64,000 nucleotides of DNA from Chloroflexota bacterium (GCA_965263175.1 OZ253587.1:1353032-1417031), one strand, 5' to 3'; shown: positions 26,550 through 38,859, counted from the first letter of the stretch. The notes: generated from the letters alone by a model not told the origin. Made by a program: numbers and translations.

Positions 26550-27421
26550 CAGTTGCCGTTCGCCTTCGCAAACACACGCAGCCTGGCGCTGCGCGCGCGC
26601 GGGTTGCGCTGCGCTTCTATCCGGTCCGGCCGGATCGGACGCCGGGTCATGACTTCCCCACGGCCCTCGCCCGCCCAGGCGCGAAACGTGTGCTTGACGA
26701 TCCGATCCTCCAGGCTATGGAAGGCGATCACCACCAGCCGCCCGCCCTCGCACAGGGCACGGCGTGCTCCTGCCAACCCCTGGCCGAGCGTTTCGAGTTC
26801 TGCGTTCGTGGCGATGCGTAGGGCTTGAAACGTTCGGGTGGCGGGATGCAGGCGGCGGCGTCCGGGGAAGGCCGCCGCAACCACCCGCGCCAGTTCGGTC
26901 GTGGACTGGAGCGGGCGTCTGGCAACGATCCGACGTGCGATCGCGCGCGACCGCCACTCTTCGCCGTACTCGCGAAGTAGGTCCGCCAACTCGGGTTCAG
27001 GGAGGCGGTTCACCAGCTGTGCGGCCGGCGCGCCGGCCGTGGCGTCAAACCGCATGTCCAGTGGTCCTTCCAGACGGAACGAAAAGCCGCGTGCCGCCTC
27101 CTCCAACTGGCGAGAGGACACGCCCAGGTCCAGCAGCACACCGGTCGCTTGCTGGATGCCGACTGGCTCCGGCAGGTCCGCATAGCTGGCGTGGATCGGC
27201 TGGACGCGAACGTCGCTCTGAAAGCGCGTGGCCAGCCAGCGAACGGCGTCGGGGTCGAGATCGATTGCCAGAACCCGCCCGGCCCCGACGTCCAGCAGGG
27301 CCTGCGTGTGGCCGCCTTGCCCCGCCGTTCCGTCGACAATCGCACCCGGCAAACACGGCCGCAGCGCGTCGACTACTGCTTCCACCAGCACCGGCTCGTG
27401 CCGACCGGACGCTGTTGTCAT
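26549..27421 (-). CDS. rsmH: 16S rRNA (cytosine1402-N4)-methyltransferase
   Basis: HEPVLVEAVVDAL...DGTAGQGGHT... Confidence 0.9.
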   Translation of the reverse strand: MTTASGRHEPVLVEAVVDALRPCLPGAIVDGTAGQGGHTQALLDVGAGRVLAIDLDPDAVRWLATRFQSDVRVQPIHASYADLPEPVGIQQATGVLLDLGVSSRQLEEAARGFSFRLEGPLDMRFDATAGAPAAQLVNRLPEPELADLLREYGEEWRSRAIARRIVARRPLQSTTELARVVAAAFPGRRRLHPATRTFQALRIATNAELETLGQGLAGARRALCEGGRLVVIAFHSLEDRIVKHTFRAWAGEGRGEVMTRRPIRPDRIEAQRNPRARSARLRVFAKANGN

Positions 27422-27475
27422 GGCAATCGGTGTGTGTGGGACGCGGGGGAGGCGCCGCGCCCCACACAGAACACC

Positions 27476-27922
27476 CTAAGGAGAGTGCGGCACGCCTCCG
27501 CGGGCGCGCCGCATGATTTCGGACGCGTCGGAGACGATGCGTCCGTGACGCTTCTGCCAGGCCGTTGCGTCCCATAGCTCAATCACGTCACCCACGCCCA
27601 TCACGACCACTTCTTTGGTCAGTGCCGCGTGGTCGCGTAGGTGGACGGGAATCGCAATCCGACCTTGCTTGTCGAATGTCACGTCCTCTGCGGATCCGAA
27701 GAGTTGTCGTTTGGTATCGCGGGCATCGGGGTTCAGCGGGTCCAGCCTGGCCAACTCGCGTTCCACGTCGCTCCACAGCGCCGCCGGATAGAACGTGAGA
27801 CAGTTCTCGGCGCTGACGGTCAATATGCCCCCCTGGGGAATCTGCGCGCGGAGCCGGCTGGGAAACGCAAGGCGCGCCTTGGCGTCCAACTGGTGGACAT
27901 AGGTCCCCTTGAAGCTGGCCAT
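27476..27922 (-). CDS. mraZ: Division/cell-wall cluster transcriptional regulator MraZ
   Basis: Duplicated ...LDAKARL.FP and ...DKQGRIAIP modules. The start is uncertain (track 27958; MASFKG at 27922). Confidence 0.75.
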   Translation of the reverse strand: MASFKGTYVHQLDAKARLAFPSRLRAQIPQGGILTVSAENCLTFYPAALWSDVERELARLDPLNPDARDTKRQLFGSAEDVTFDKQGRIAIPVHLRDHAALTKEVVVMGVGDVIELWDATAWQKRHGRIVSDASEIMRRARGGVPHSP

Positions 27923-28081
27923 GCCCCGTGCCATTTTCTCCCCACAAGTACCCACCAATCACCACAGCAGTGGTCATTTGGCCTCAGTAGTGAAGCATGC
28001 TCCCCACCTCGTGTCAACACCGAGGCACGGGTCCCCAGATAGGCTCCGCGGCGTACCTCGGCTGCCCGGCGCGGGTAGCGT

Positions 28082-28504
28082 CTAGAAGAGGTGCGGGCTG
28101 TCCGGCGACGTGCGGTCGAGCGCCCAGTTCGCCAGGCGGTCAGCCAGCACGTTCTCGGACCGGGCAACGTGGACGAAGCGCACCGGCACGCCGGTTGGGG
28201 CCGCCGCATGCACTCTGGCCGCCAATTCTCGTAGTCCCGCGTTCTTGATCTTCCAGGCCCCTGACAGCTGGCGCGCCGCCAACTCGCTGTCGAGGCGAAA
28301 CTCGATGGCGCTGGGCTGGAGTTGCTCAACCAGCCGCATTCCGGCCAGCACCGCCCGGTATTCCGCCTGGTTGTTGGTCAGCACGCCCAGACGAACCGCG
28401 ATGCGTCCGGCGATTGCGCCGTAGGCGTCGTAGATCACCACGCCAGCCGCGGCTTGGCCTGGGTTGCCGCGGCTGGCGCCGTCGCAATGGACGAGGTAGC
28501 GCAT
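28082..28504 (-). CDS. rnhA: Ribonuclease HI
   Basis: YLVHCDGASRGNPGQAAAGVVI...NNQAEYRAVLAGM... Confidence 0.8.
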   Translation of the reverse strand: MRYLVHCDGASRGNPGQAAAGVVIYDAYGAIAGRIAVRLGVLTNNQAEYRAVLAGMRLVEQLQPSAIEFRLDSELAARQLSGAWKIKNAGLRELAARVHAAAPTGVPVRFVHVARSENVLADRLANWALDRTSPDSPHLF

Positions 28505-28711
28505 GCGCGTGTCGATACCGGTCGTGCGGGGGAAGGACAATGCATGGTACTGACGGAACTGCCAATGACGGGGGACCTAGCTGCCCGACCGGCCGCTCGA
28601 ACCGATAGTCGTTCCGCCGGGCGAAGCGCCTGAGCTGCTGCGAGATCCGCTGCGGCGTTTCGACGCCGAGCTAGCCGCCGGCGTGCACTGGTATCCGGCG
28701 GCGCTGCGCGC

Positions 28712-29359
28712 GTGCGGTCAATGGCGTCTGGCGACCGAATCATTCAAGGGCGTCGCCTCACCTATCTCGTAGCGCGCGAAGCGCTGGACCTTGTGCTACT
28801 GATCGACCGAATTGCCAGCAGCCGGCGCGACGCCGTGCCGCGGGTGGAGCGAGACGAGCTGCGCTTTCATGGTCGGCCTCCCATTTACATCGCAGGCCAT
28901 GCGTTTGCCGATGCTCTGGGAGAAGCCCGCTACAAGGCCTACCTCAACTACTTCTACGGAATCGATGTTGAGGAAGCCGTGGTGCACGCGGTTGAACTGG
29001 AGGCGGCCAAGGCCCACCCGATTGATCGCGCGTCCGCCGATGCCTACCTGCTGGTCTACGGCCAGACGCTCGAAGATTTGCTGGCTGCCTACCGAGCCGC
29101 GCGCGGGCTGACCCAGGACGAACGTGTCCGCTGGGATGTCTGGAAGGACTTCACCTACTGGCGGTTCCGGCTGCGACTTCGTGCCCAGATCCCGGCGCGC
29201 ATGGCGAGCGACACTCGCAAAGGAATCGCCCTGCTGCAGCGCCTGCGCGGCGTCGCTACCGCCGAGTCACCAGACCCGATGCGGCCCGGTGCGGCGCCTG
29301 AGGAGACACCGACCGCCTCGGCTGATTCACCCGTGATCGATCTGCGGCGAGTTGTTTAG
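28712..29359 (+). CDS. Hypothetical protein (215 aa), possibly a ferritin-like helical fold; function unknown
   Basis: Good GC3 codon bias and a GTG start; no family confidently recognised. Confidence 0.45.
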   Translation: MRSMASGDRIIQGRRLTYLVAREALDLVLLIDRIASSRRDAVPRVERDELRFHGRPPIYIAGHAFADALGEARYKAYLNYFYGIDVEEAVVHAVELEAAKAHPIDRASADAYLLVYGQTLEDLLAAYRAARGLTQDERVRWDVWKDFTYWRFRLRLRAQIPARMASDTRKGIALLQRLRGVATAESPDPMRPGAAPEETPTASADSPVIDLRRVV

Positions 29360-30789
29360 CGTGCTGGCCGTCGGCCCAGCAGCGGCGCCAGCGTTGCCAG
29401 AATTCCCAGCAGCACCAACCCGCCGGCTGCGCCGAAAACGATCTGAAATGCGCTCACGGTGTCGGGGCCGGCCGCAAAATCCGGGCCGGGTACCCCGAGC
29501 TGTACGACCACGATCGATGCCCAGATCGTGCCCCAGAGCGCTTGACCGGTGGACTGCGCCATGTTGCGCGCCAGGCCCAGCACCGCGCTGGCCTGGTTGC
29601 GGTGCTCCGCGGCGGCGGCACCCATCAGCATGCTGGCGTTCCCGCTATTGAACATGGCCATCCCCACCCCGATGACGGCGAGTCGGGGAACGACGGCCAA
29701 CGGAGGCGTGTCGGCTGCCAGCGTGGCAAGCAGCGACAGTCCGACCGCGACGAATCCGATTCCCACCGCGCCCACCGCACGGGGACTCGTTCGGTCGGCC
29801 AGTATTCCCGAGGGCGTTCCAAGCAACCCCATCAGTGCCGGCACCGTGACCATGAGTAGCCCAACCTGTTGCACCGGTAGTTCCAGCACGCGCTGCAGGT
29901 AAAACGGCAGCAGCAGAATCTGGGTGGCGGCGCCTGCGAACGTCAGGTAGCCCGCCAGCGTGGCGGCTGTGAAGTCCGGCATGCGAAACATGCCGGGCTG
30001 GATCGTTGGCCAGGGCGTTCGCGTCTGCCACCAGCCGAATCCCACCAGCAGCGCCAGCCCTGCCACGACCAGCGTGATGACGGCCGGCGATGCGATGCCC
30101 AGCGTCTGTATCCGGTTCAGGCCAAACACGAGGAGCGTCAGACCGATCATCAGCAAGACAGCCCCGCGCCGGTCGAATCGCCCCCCGATTCCACCCGCCC
30201 CCTGCGGCAGAATCCGCGCGCCCAGCGCCACCGCCGCCACGCCAACCGGGACGTTAACCAGAAAGATGAACGGCCAACCGAGGGATCCCAGAATCAGACC
30301 GCCCACCACGGGGCCGCTGACAAGCCCTACCGAGACCGCCGACAAGATGAACCCGATGGCCTTGCCCCGCTGGCTCGGCGGGAACGCGTCGACCACCAAC
30401 GCTGGTCCAAGGGCTTGAATGATCGAGCCGCCGATGCCCTGTACGACCCGAAATGCGATGAGCAGACCGACGTTTGGCGCCAGGCCGCACAGGAGCGAGC
30501 CAAGCGTGAAGACCAGGAATCCCCCTAGGTATAGCCGTTTGGCACCCCGTATCTGCGCCAGCCGGCCGGCCGGTAGCAACAGGCTGGTAATGGCGATCAC
30601 ATAGGCCAACGTGACCCACTGCACGCGGTCGAATGGCGCGTCCAGCTCGCGGACTAAGGTGGGCAGCGAGACGTTGACGATGCTGGCATCGAGCGTGGCC
30701 ATGAAGACCCCGCTGGCAACAACCGCCATCGTTCCCCAGCGCGCCCTACGCACGGCGTAGCGCCCCGGATGGCTGTCGGCGACGGTCAA
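29356..30789 (-). CDS. MFS transporter, DHA2 (14-TMS drug:H+ antiporter, EmrB/QacA-like)
   Basis: LDASIVNVSLPT..., 14 predicted TM segments, GxLaDrxGrR-like motif. Confidence 0.8.
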   Translation of the reverse strand: MTVADSHPGRYAVRRARWGTMAVVASGVFMATLDASIVNVSLPTLVRELDAPFDRVQWVTLAYVIAITSLLLPAGRLAQIRGAKRLYLGGFLVFTLGSLLCGLAPNVGLLIAFRVVQGIGGSIIQALGPALVVDAFPPSQRGKAIGFILSAVSVGLVSGPVVGGLILGSLGWPFIFLVNVPVGVAAVALGARILPQGAGGIGGRFDRRGAVLLMIGLTLLVFGLNRIQTLGIASPAVITLVVAGLALLVGFGWWQTRTPWPTIQPGMFRMPDFTAATLAGYLTFAGAATQILLLPFYLQRVLELPVQQVGLLMVTVPALMGLLGTPSGILADRTSPRAVGAVGIGFVAVGLSLLATLAADTPPLAVVPRLAVIGVGMAMFNSGNASMLMGAAAAEHRNQASAVLGLARNMAQSTGQALWGTIWASIVVVQLGVPGPDFAAGPDTVSAFQIVFGAAGGLVLLGILATLAPLLGRRPAR

Positions 30790-31229
30790 GCGAGGGACAG
30801 GCCAAACTGCACCAAGGCCTGGGCCAGGCGTTCCATGTCGCTGCCGCTCAGACCATCAGTGAGCGGCAGCTCCACGAGTGAGTCGGAGTCGCCGGGGCCG
30901 TGGGTTGGGAATCGGGTCAGATCGTCGCGTAGCCCGTCGATCTGCTCGGCATCCACCCCACGCCGCAGTAGCAGGTCGAGGGCGACCTCCAAACGCGCCA
31001 CCGGGTGCCGACGGTCGGGCGCGTAGACCCAGGCCACGGTGGTCAGGCGGTCGCCGTGGGGCGCCTGGAATGCAAAGCCACGGCGTGCGGGCCGTAGCGG
31101 AATCCCGGCCTGCTGCCAGCGACCCATCAGACCCTCCACCAGCGCAAAGGTCTCCTGCGGCATCGCGCGTTGGAGGGCGCGAACTTCTGGCGCGTCGATG
31201 TCGTACGTGCGGAATTCTTCCTCGAACAC
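30786..31229 (-). CDS. Hypothetical protein (147 aa) translationally coupled upstream of the DHA2 transporter
   Basis: 4-nt overlap with the MFS gene; no recognised domain. Confidence 0.5.
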   Translation of the reverse strand: MFEEEFRTYDIDAPEVRALQRAMPQETFALVEGLMGRWQQAGIPLRPARRGFAFQAPHGDRLTTVAWVYAPDRRHPVARLEVALDLLLRRGVDAEQIDGLRDDLTRFPTHGPGDSDSLVELPLTDGLSGSDMERLAQALVQFGLSLA

Positions 31230-31306
31230 TCAATTTCTCCCGTCCGGTCTGCGTGATTATGCGCGGATGCGCTGGTGAGTAGAATCGCTGGCGGGTTTCC
31301 GGGGGC

Positions 31307-32329
31307 TTGGTTGTGCGGCGGTATGGGGTGGCGGTGCACGGGGCGGGGTGGGTGGCGGCTGAGCATGTGCGGGCATTTGACGCCGATCCACGGGCGCGCG
31401 TGGTGGCTGTCTCAAGCCGGCGGGCGGAGTCCGCCGCGCGTGTGGCGCGAGAAACCGGGCACCCCGACGCGGTGATCGAGACCGACCTGCGCGCTGTTCT
31501 TGCCCGCGACGACGTGCACATCCTGTCCGTCTGTACGCCGCACGATTTGCACCCCTCGAACACGATTGCCGCGGCGAATGCCGGGAAGCACGTGCTGATC
31601 GAGAAGCCGGCGGCGCTCGATTTGGAAAGCCTCCGCGCCATGCGCGACGCCATAGCCGCCGCTGGGGTCCGGTCGGTGGTGAGCTTCGTCCTGCGCTGGA
31701 ATCCGTTGTTTGACGTGATTCGCGCTCAGCTGGCCAACGGGGCCCTTGGTCGCCTGTACATGGCCGAAGTTGACTATGTGCACGGGCTTGGCCCGTGGTA
31801 CGCCCAGTACGAGTGGTCAAAGACATCGGCCCAGGGGCGCTCGTCGTTCCTGAACGCCGGTTGCCACGCCGTGGACGCGCTGCGCTACTTCACCGAGAGC
31901 GACATCGTGGAGGTGAGCGCCTACGCGGTGACCGGCAGCGACCGCTTCGAGTACCCGGGCACCGCCGTAATGATCTGCAAGTTCGCCAGCGGCGCGATTG
32001 GCAAGGCTCTCTCGAACCTGGACGACTGTGCGCCCTACAAATTCCGTATCTCGCTCTTCGGCGATCAGGGGAACATGCTTGACAACCAAGTGTTCAGCCG
32101 CACCCTTCCCGGTCAGACCGACTACGCCGAAATCCCCACGGTGCTGCCGGACAGCGGCGACGTCTCGCACCATCCCTTCCAAGGCCAAGCGGCGCACCTG
32201 CTGGACTGCATCGAGCGCGGCGAGGAATCGCACGTGAGCCTGGCGAACTCGATCAACACGCATGAGGCGTGCATTGCCGCGGATCTGTCGGTTGCCCTGG
32301 GCCGGCCCGTGGAACTGCCGCTGCCCTAA
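31307..32329 (+). CDS. Gfo/Idh/MocA family oxidoreductase
   Basis: ...VAVHGAGWVAAEHVRAF..., EKP motif (HVLIEKP). Confidence 0.8.
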   Translation: MVVRRYGVAVHGAGWVAAEHVRAFDADPRARVVAVSSRRAESAARVARETGHPDAVIETDLRAVLARDDVHILSVCTPHDLHPSNTIAAANAGKHVLIEKPAALDLESLRAMRDAIAAAGVRSVVSFVLRWNPLFDVIRAQLANGALGRLYMAEVDYVHGLGPWYAQYEWSKTSAQGRSSFLNAGCHAVDALRYFTESDIVEVSAYAVTGSDRFEYPGTAVMICKFASGAIGKALSNLDDCAPYKFRISLFGDQGNMLDNQVFSRTLPGQTDYAEIPTVLPDSGDVSHHPFQGQAAHLLDCIERGEESHVSLANSINTHEACIAADLSVALGRPVELPLP

Positions 32330-32335
32330 GCGCGG

Positions 32336-32809
32336 CTAGCGCAACAGCCGTCCGAGCAGCCGCGCGGCGAGCGACGAAACCCCCAGCGCAATACCGAACG
32401 CGATAGCCGCGCGCGTGCCGAACAGGCTGTGCACGTTGCCGGACACGTTGCCGCCTACCACGGCCAGGCTCAGAACCCGGTCGGCCTGCACGTTGCCCGC
32501 CACGATCCAGCTGGCCGCCACGTTCTCGAGCTTGGCGTTTCCGCTGACGTTCACGCCCAGCGCGCCGTTGCGCACGTGCGTGCGCAGCGAGGTAGCGCCG
32601 CCCAGCGCGCCTCGGGTCACGTGCAGTTGGTCCGCGCTGTTCACCAGAATGAGGGAGCGGTCAGCCTCCACCTGGCGGGCATCGGCGCGGCGCACGGTGG
32701 TGCGGTTGGCCACCACGCGTCCGGCCCGAACGGTGCCTACGGCAGCCTCATTCAAGCGCACGACCTCGGCCTGCGTGCTCGGAACAACGTCGGCATCGGA
32801 TCGGCGCAT
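32336..32809 (-). CDS. Bactofilin-like (DUF583-like beta-helix repeats) protein; start uncertain
   Basis: Repeating V.G.V..N..V.G patterns (GALGVNVSGNAKLENVAASWIVAGNVQADRVLSLAVVGGNVSGNV). The track ORF extends to 32917 with a Pro-rich N-terminus. Confidence 0.5.
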   Translation of the reverse strand: MRRSDADVVPSTQAEVVRLNEAAVGTVRAGRVVANRTTVRRADARQVEADRSLILVNSADQLHVTRGALGGATSLRTHVRNGALGVNVSGNAKLENVAASWIVAGNVQADRVLSLAVVGGNVSGNVHSLFGTRAAIAFGIALGVSSLAARLLGRLLR

Positions 32810-32819
32810 TGTTGGAACC

Positions 32820-34012
32820 TTAGTGCGGGGACTCGGGCCTGGAGGGGGCGACGGCGCGACCGGCGCTTCGGGCGGCATCGTACACGTCGCGCCAGGTGGC
32901 GCCGCTTTCCGCCGCAACCCTTCGGCAGTCCGCGGCCTCGGGCGCCACGTCCCGGAGCGCCCCGTGCAGATAGGAGGCCTTGACTCGGACCTCGCCGTAC
33001 GGGGTTGTCACGCTAAAGCTCGCGCGCCGCAACTTGGTTCGCTGGACCTGATGGGTGCGCACGCCCAGCGTGGTCGTCTCGGTCAGGATCACATCGATCA
33101 GCGCGTTCGCCGCTTCGTTTGGGGCCAGAGCACTCAGTTGCGTCGCCGGTCGGCCCCCTTTCATCACGATAGGCGCCGTCCAGACGTCCAGCGCGCCGGC
33201 GGCAAACAGGCGGGCGGTCACGTACTCGTAGACCTCGGGATTCATATCGTCGATGTTGGTCTCGATCACGGTTGCGGTGTCGGCCTCGTGCCCTCCGACA
33301 GACTCGCCGAGGGTGACGCGCAGGACGTTGGGAATGGACAGGCTGGCGGTACCCGCGCCGTAGCCGGTGCGTTCCACGCGCATCGCCGGCAGCGGCCCGT
33401 ACTCGTGCCCCGCACGGGTAAGCACGGCGGCGCCGGTGGGCGTCAGGAGCTCGAACTTCACGTCCGATCCATAGGCGATGGCGCCGCTGCCAGCTAGCAG
33501 GCGCGCGGTGGCCGGCGCGGGGACCGGGAGCCGACCGTGGGCGGTCTGGACCCAGCCGCTGCCGGTGTTGATGGGTGAAACCGCGACCCGATCAATGGCC
33601 AGCAGATCAAAGCCCACAATGGCGCCAACCACGTCCAGGACCGAGTCGGCGGCCCCGACCTCGTGAAACTCGACCTCGTCGACGTCGGTGCCGTGGGTGG
33701 CGGCCTCGGCTTCGGCAATGCGGCGAAAGACCTGGCGCGCCTCGGCCTTGACCCGAGCCCCCAGGTCAGCTTTGGCTATGCACGCGTCGATGTCGGCGTA
33801 GGCGTGATGCCCCCCGCGATTCTCGATGTCGAAATCGACCAGCCGGGCCTGGATGAGACCGCGCCGGACGCGCACGTCGCGGAGTTCCCAGGGCGGCAGA
33901 TCCAGCTTCCGGAGTTCGCTGAGCAGGCGCGTCTTGTCCAGCCCGGCGTCCAGTAGCGCACCCAGCACCATGTTTCCGCTGGCGCCTGCCTGGCAGTCGA
34001 AATAGGCGGTCG

Positions 34013-34016
<4 letters not shown>
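32820..34016 (-). CDS. larC: Nickel-pincer cofactor biosynthesis protein LarC (DUF111)
   Basis: MTTAYFDCQAGASGNMVLGALLDAGL...; the track ORF 5' extension was rejected. Confidence 0.8.
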
Positions 34017-36102
<2,086 letters not shown>

Positions 36103-36234
36103 TCAGGCGCCGAGTATACGAAGGGGTGTCCGTCTGGCGGTGCGCTGCTACCCACGGCTGGCAGAGGGATTGGCAGCCCGGCGGCCGCCATAAAATGCGC
36201 GCGAGCCGACAGCCGCGGCGCCGGGATGTGAACC

Positions 36235-37098
36235 ATGGAACCTGAACTCGTCGTGCGAACGCGTGCCGAAGTAGGCGAAGGCCCAATTTGGGACCCTGGA
36301 ACCGAAACGCTGGTCTGGGTAGACATCACCGGGTCCGCCGTACATCGGTTTGATCCTTCGACCGGGCACGACCTGTGTATGGACGTTGGAATCGACGTTG
36401 GCGCGGTCGCCGTGCGGGCCAGCGGCGGGCTGATATTGGCCGCCGCCGACGGATTCCGTGCGCTGGGCACGGACGGCTCGCAGGCGCTCCTGGTCAAAGT
36501 CGGCGCCGACGACCCGACCATGCGGATGAACGACGGGAAGTGTGACCGCCGCGGGCGGTTCTGGGCCGGCACCATGGCCTACGACGAGTCCGCTCCGGCA
36601 GGCCTGGGCAAACTCTACCGGCTGGATCCGGACCTGAGTGTGCGCACGATGCTGGACGGGGTCTCGATTTCCAATGGCATCGACTGGAGTCCCGACGACC
36701 GGCTGATGTACTTCATCGACAGCCGTACTCAAAGGGTCGATGTCTTTGACTTCGACCTGGATGACGGCGCGATCACCAACCGGCGCACGCTGATCGAGGT
36801 GGACCCGGCCAATGGCCTGCCTGACGGAATGACGGTGGACGCGAACGGTGACCTGTGGGTGGCGCGATGGGGCGGCTCGCGAGTCGTGCACTATGCACCT
36901 GACGGGAGCGAGCGGGGCATGGTCCGCTTCCCAGTGAGCCAAACGTCGAGCTGTGCGTTCGGCGGTGCGGACGCACGGGACCTCTATGTCACCTCGGCCG
37001 CTCTCTCGATCTCCGAGGACGTGGAGCCTGAGGCGGGCAGCTTGTTTCGCGCACGGCCGGGCGCGGTCGGCCAGCCGCCCAACTGCTTTGGTGGGTAG
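36235..37098 (+). CDS. SMP-30/gluconolactonase/LRE family protein
   Basis: ...EGPIWD....L.WVDI...NG..WSPD...F.DS... six-bladed propeller pattern. Confidence 0.8.
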   Translation: MEPELVVRTRAEVGEGPIWDPGTETLVWVDITGSAVHRFDPSTGHDLCMDVGIDVGAVAVRASGGLILAAADGFRALGTDGSQALLVKVGADDPTMRMNDGKCDRRGRFWAGTMAYDESAPAGLGKLYRLDPDLSVRTMLDGVSISNGIDWSPDDRLMYFIDSRTQRVDVFDFDLDDGAITNRRTLIEVDPANGLPDGMTVDANGDLWVARWGGSRVVHYAPDGSERGMVRFPVSQTSSCAFGGADARDLYVTSAALSISEDVEPEAGSLFRARPGAVGQPPNCFGG

Positions 37099-37138
37099 AC
37101 GACTTGACGTCTGACGGTTGACCTCGCCGCCTGCGCTC

Positions 37139-38773
37139 CTAGCGCAGCGCGACGTTGATGCCTTGGCCTGCCTCGTCGATAGGAATAAACGTTATCGCGT
37201 CGTGCAGTTGTGCGGGAATGCTGTCCAGGTCGTGCTCGTTCTGGCGCGGCAGCACCACGCGGCGTATGCCACCGCGATGCGCGGCAAGGATTTTTGCGTG
37301 CACACCTTCAGCCCGGCGTACGTGCCCGTGCGCGGTCATGCCGCCGATGGCCAGCAATTCGGGATCTGCCGGCCGGTCGCGCATGAGCGAGACCATGGCG
37401 ATCGCCGCCGCGATGGCGAGCGAACCTGCGTCGCCGGGGAGTTCGCTGGCGGGAAGCAGCAAGTCGGTGTCGAACTCTTCGAGCGACCGCGCCGACACGC
37501 CAAGGTCCGAGAGTCGCGAACGCACGTACGACGGCACGACCGTGTAGTGGCTGGTCAAGTCCTCGCCCTTCGAGTCCAGAATTCGGATCCGTCCGGCGCC
37601 TGGCATCTGCACGGCTTCGATGTGTCCCAGGATTCCGCCGCTGCGGCGTACAACCGCGCCCGCGGTGAGTCCGGGTGTTTCACGTCGGCGACGATTCAGG
37701 TTCAATCTCGTTGGCCGGCCGACCGTAGCGCCCAAGTCTTCGATCGCAATGGCGAGCGGTGCGGACTCGCCACGCAACGTACGCTGTGTCAGCGCACGCC
37801 GCACGACCTGGCGAACCAGGCCGTCGAGTTCGTCGACACCAGGCTCAATCGTGTAACTGCGCACGAGCGCGGCGAGGGCGTCTTCCTCGATCGTCACATC
37901 GTCCGGCGACACGTTGTATTCGCGCAGCATGGCCGGCGCCAGCGAGTCGCGTGCAATGAGGACTTTGTCGTCGTCCACGTAGCCGGCCAGCTCCACGATG
38001 TCGAGACGTCCCCGTTCCAGCGGCGGAATGTCTGGTAGCCAGCGTGCGGTCGTGACGACGAGGACACGGGAGAGGTCGAACGGAACATCGAAGTAGCGGT
38101 CGTGAAACTGGCGTCGCGCCGTTGGGTCGGTCAGGACATTCAAGAGCGTGGCTCGGGATGCCGACCAGCTTTCGCTGATGCTCTGGCTTTCGGTCGCGGC
38201 CGTAGGCCAGCCGCTGCCAATCGCGTCGAGATCCTCGAGCAGCAGGACGATTTCAGTCTGCCCAAGCCGTTCGATGGCCCCCATGATCTCGCCGGGCGCT
38301 TGCTGATTGCCAAACAGTTCGTCGGCTGACCCGAGGTGGTCCAGTCGAACCGTGGCTAGTGGCAGACCGAGCTGATCGGCGATGTGGTGCGCCACGTACG
38401 ACTTGCCAACGCCCGGCGGTCCGACCAGGCAGAGCAGAGCTCGGGTCCCGGACGCGTCGGGCGCCGCCGTGAGTTGGTGTTCACGCACGACCAGGTGGTC
38501 GCAGAGCAGATCGGCAACTTCCTCGGGGACGAATAGCTCGTCCGCAAAGCTTGCGTGGAGATCGGCGAACTGCGGCCGAGTGGCGCCGGCGGCGGACCAG
38601 GGGAGACGCAGCGCGCGCGTCAGTCGACCTTCAGCGTCAAGGCTCCCGTCCAGATGGTCCAGGCGCTGGCGCAGCATGGCCGCCACAGTGTCGGGAATTG
38701 AGGTCTGTGCGAGTTGGGCGGAGAGTTCCAATATATTCACAGGGCGATTCGTATGAGCCGCGCTTTTGATCAT
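37139..38773 (-). CDS. Lon-like ATP-dependent protease lacking the LonA N-domain (AAA+ plus S16 peptidase; YcbZ-like)
   Basis: Walker A LCLVGPPGVGKSY. A C-terminal S16 region with GDAGS (Ser) and HAKILAAHRGGIRRVVLP (Lys) resembling the Lon Ser-Lys dyad. The start is chosen at MIKSAAHT; the track ORF runs to 39034. Confidence 0.75.
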   Translation of the reverse strand: MIKSAAHTNRPVNILELSAQLAQTSIPDTVAAMLRQRLDHLDGSLDAEGRLTRALRLPWSAAGATRPQFADLHASFADELFVPEEVADLLCDHLVVREHQLTAAPDASGTRALLCLVGPPGVGKSYVAHHIADQLGLPLATVRLDHLGSADELFGNQQAPGEIMGAIERLGQTEIVLLLEDLDAIGSGWPTAATESQSISESWSASRATLLNVLTDPTARRQFHDRYFDVPFDLSRVLVVTTARWLPDIPPLERGRLDIVELAGYVDDDKVLIARDSLAPAMLREYNVSPDDVTIEEDALAALVRSYTIEPGVDELDGLVRQVVRRALTQRTLRGESAPLAIAIEDLGATVGRPTRLNLNRRRRETPGLTAGAVVRRSGGILGHIEAVQMPGAGRIRILDSKGEDLTSHYTVVPSYVRSRLSDLGVSARSLEEFDTDLLLPASELPGDAGSLAIAAAIAMVSLMRDRPADPELLAIGGMTAHGHVRRAEGVHAKILAAHRGGIRRVVLPRQNEHDLDSIPAQLHDAITFIPIDEAGQGINVALR

Positions 38774-38859
38774 AGCGTTGTGCGATGTGCGGTCGTCGGT
38801 AGCCAAACTCCCACGACTTGTGCGCGCCACGTTGACCTGTCCGCGTTGCGGCGCGATGC

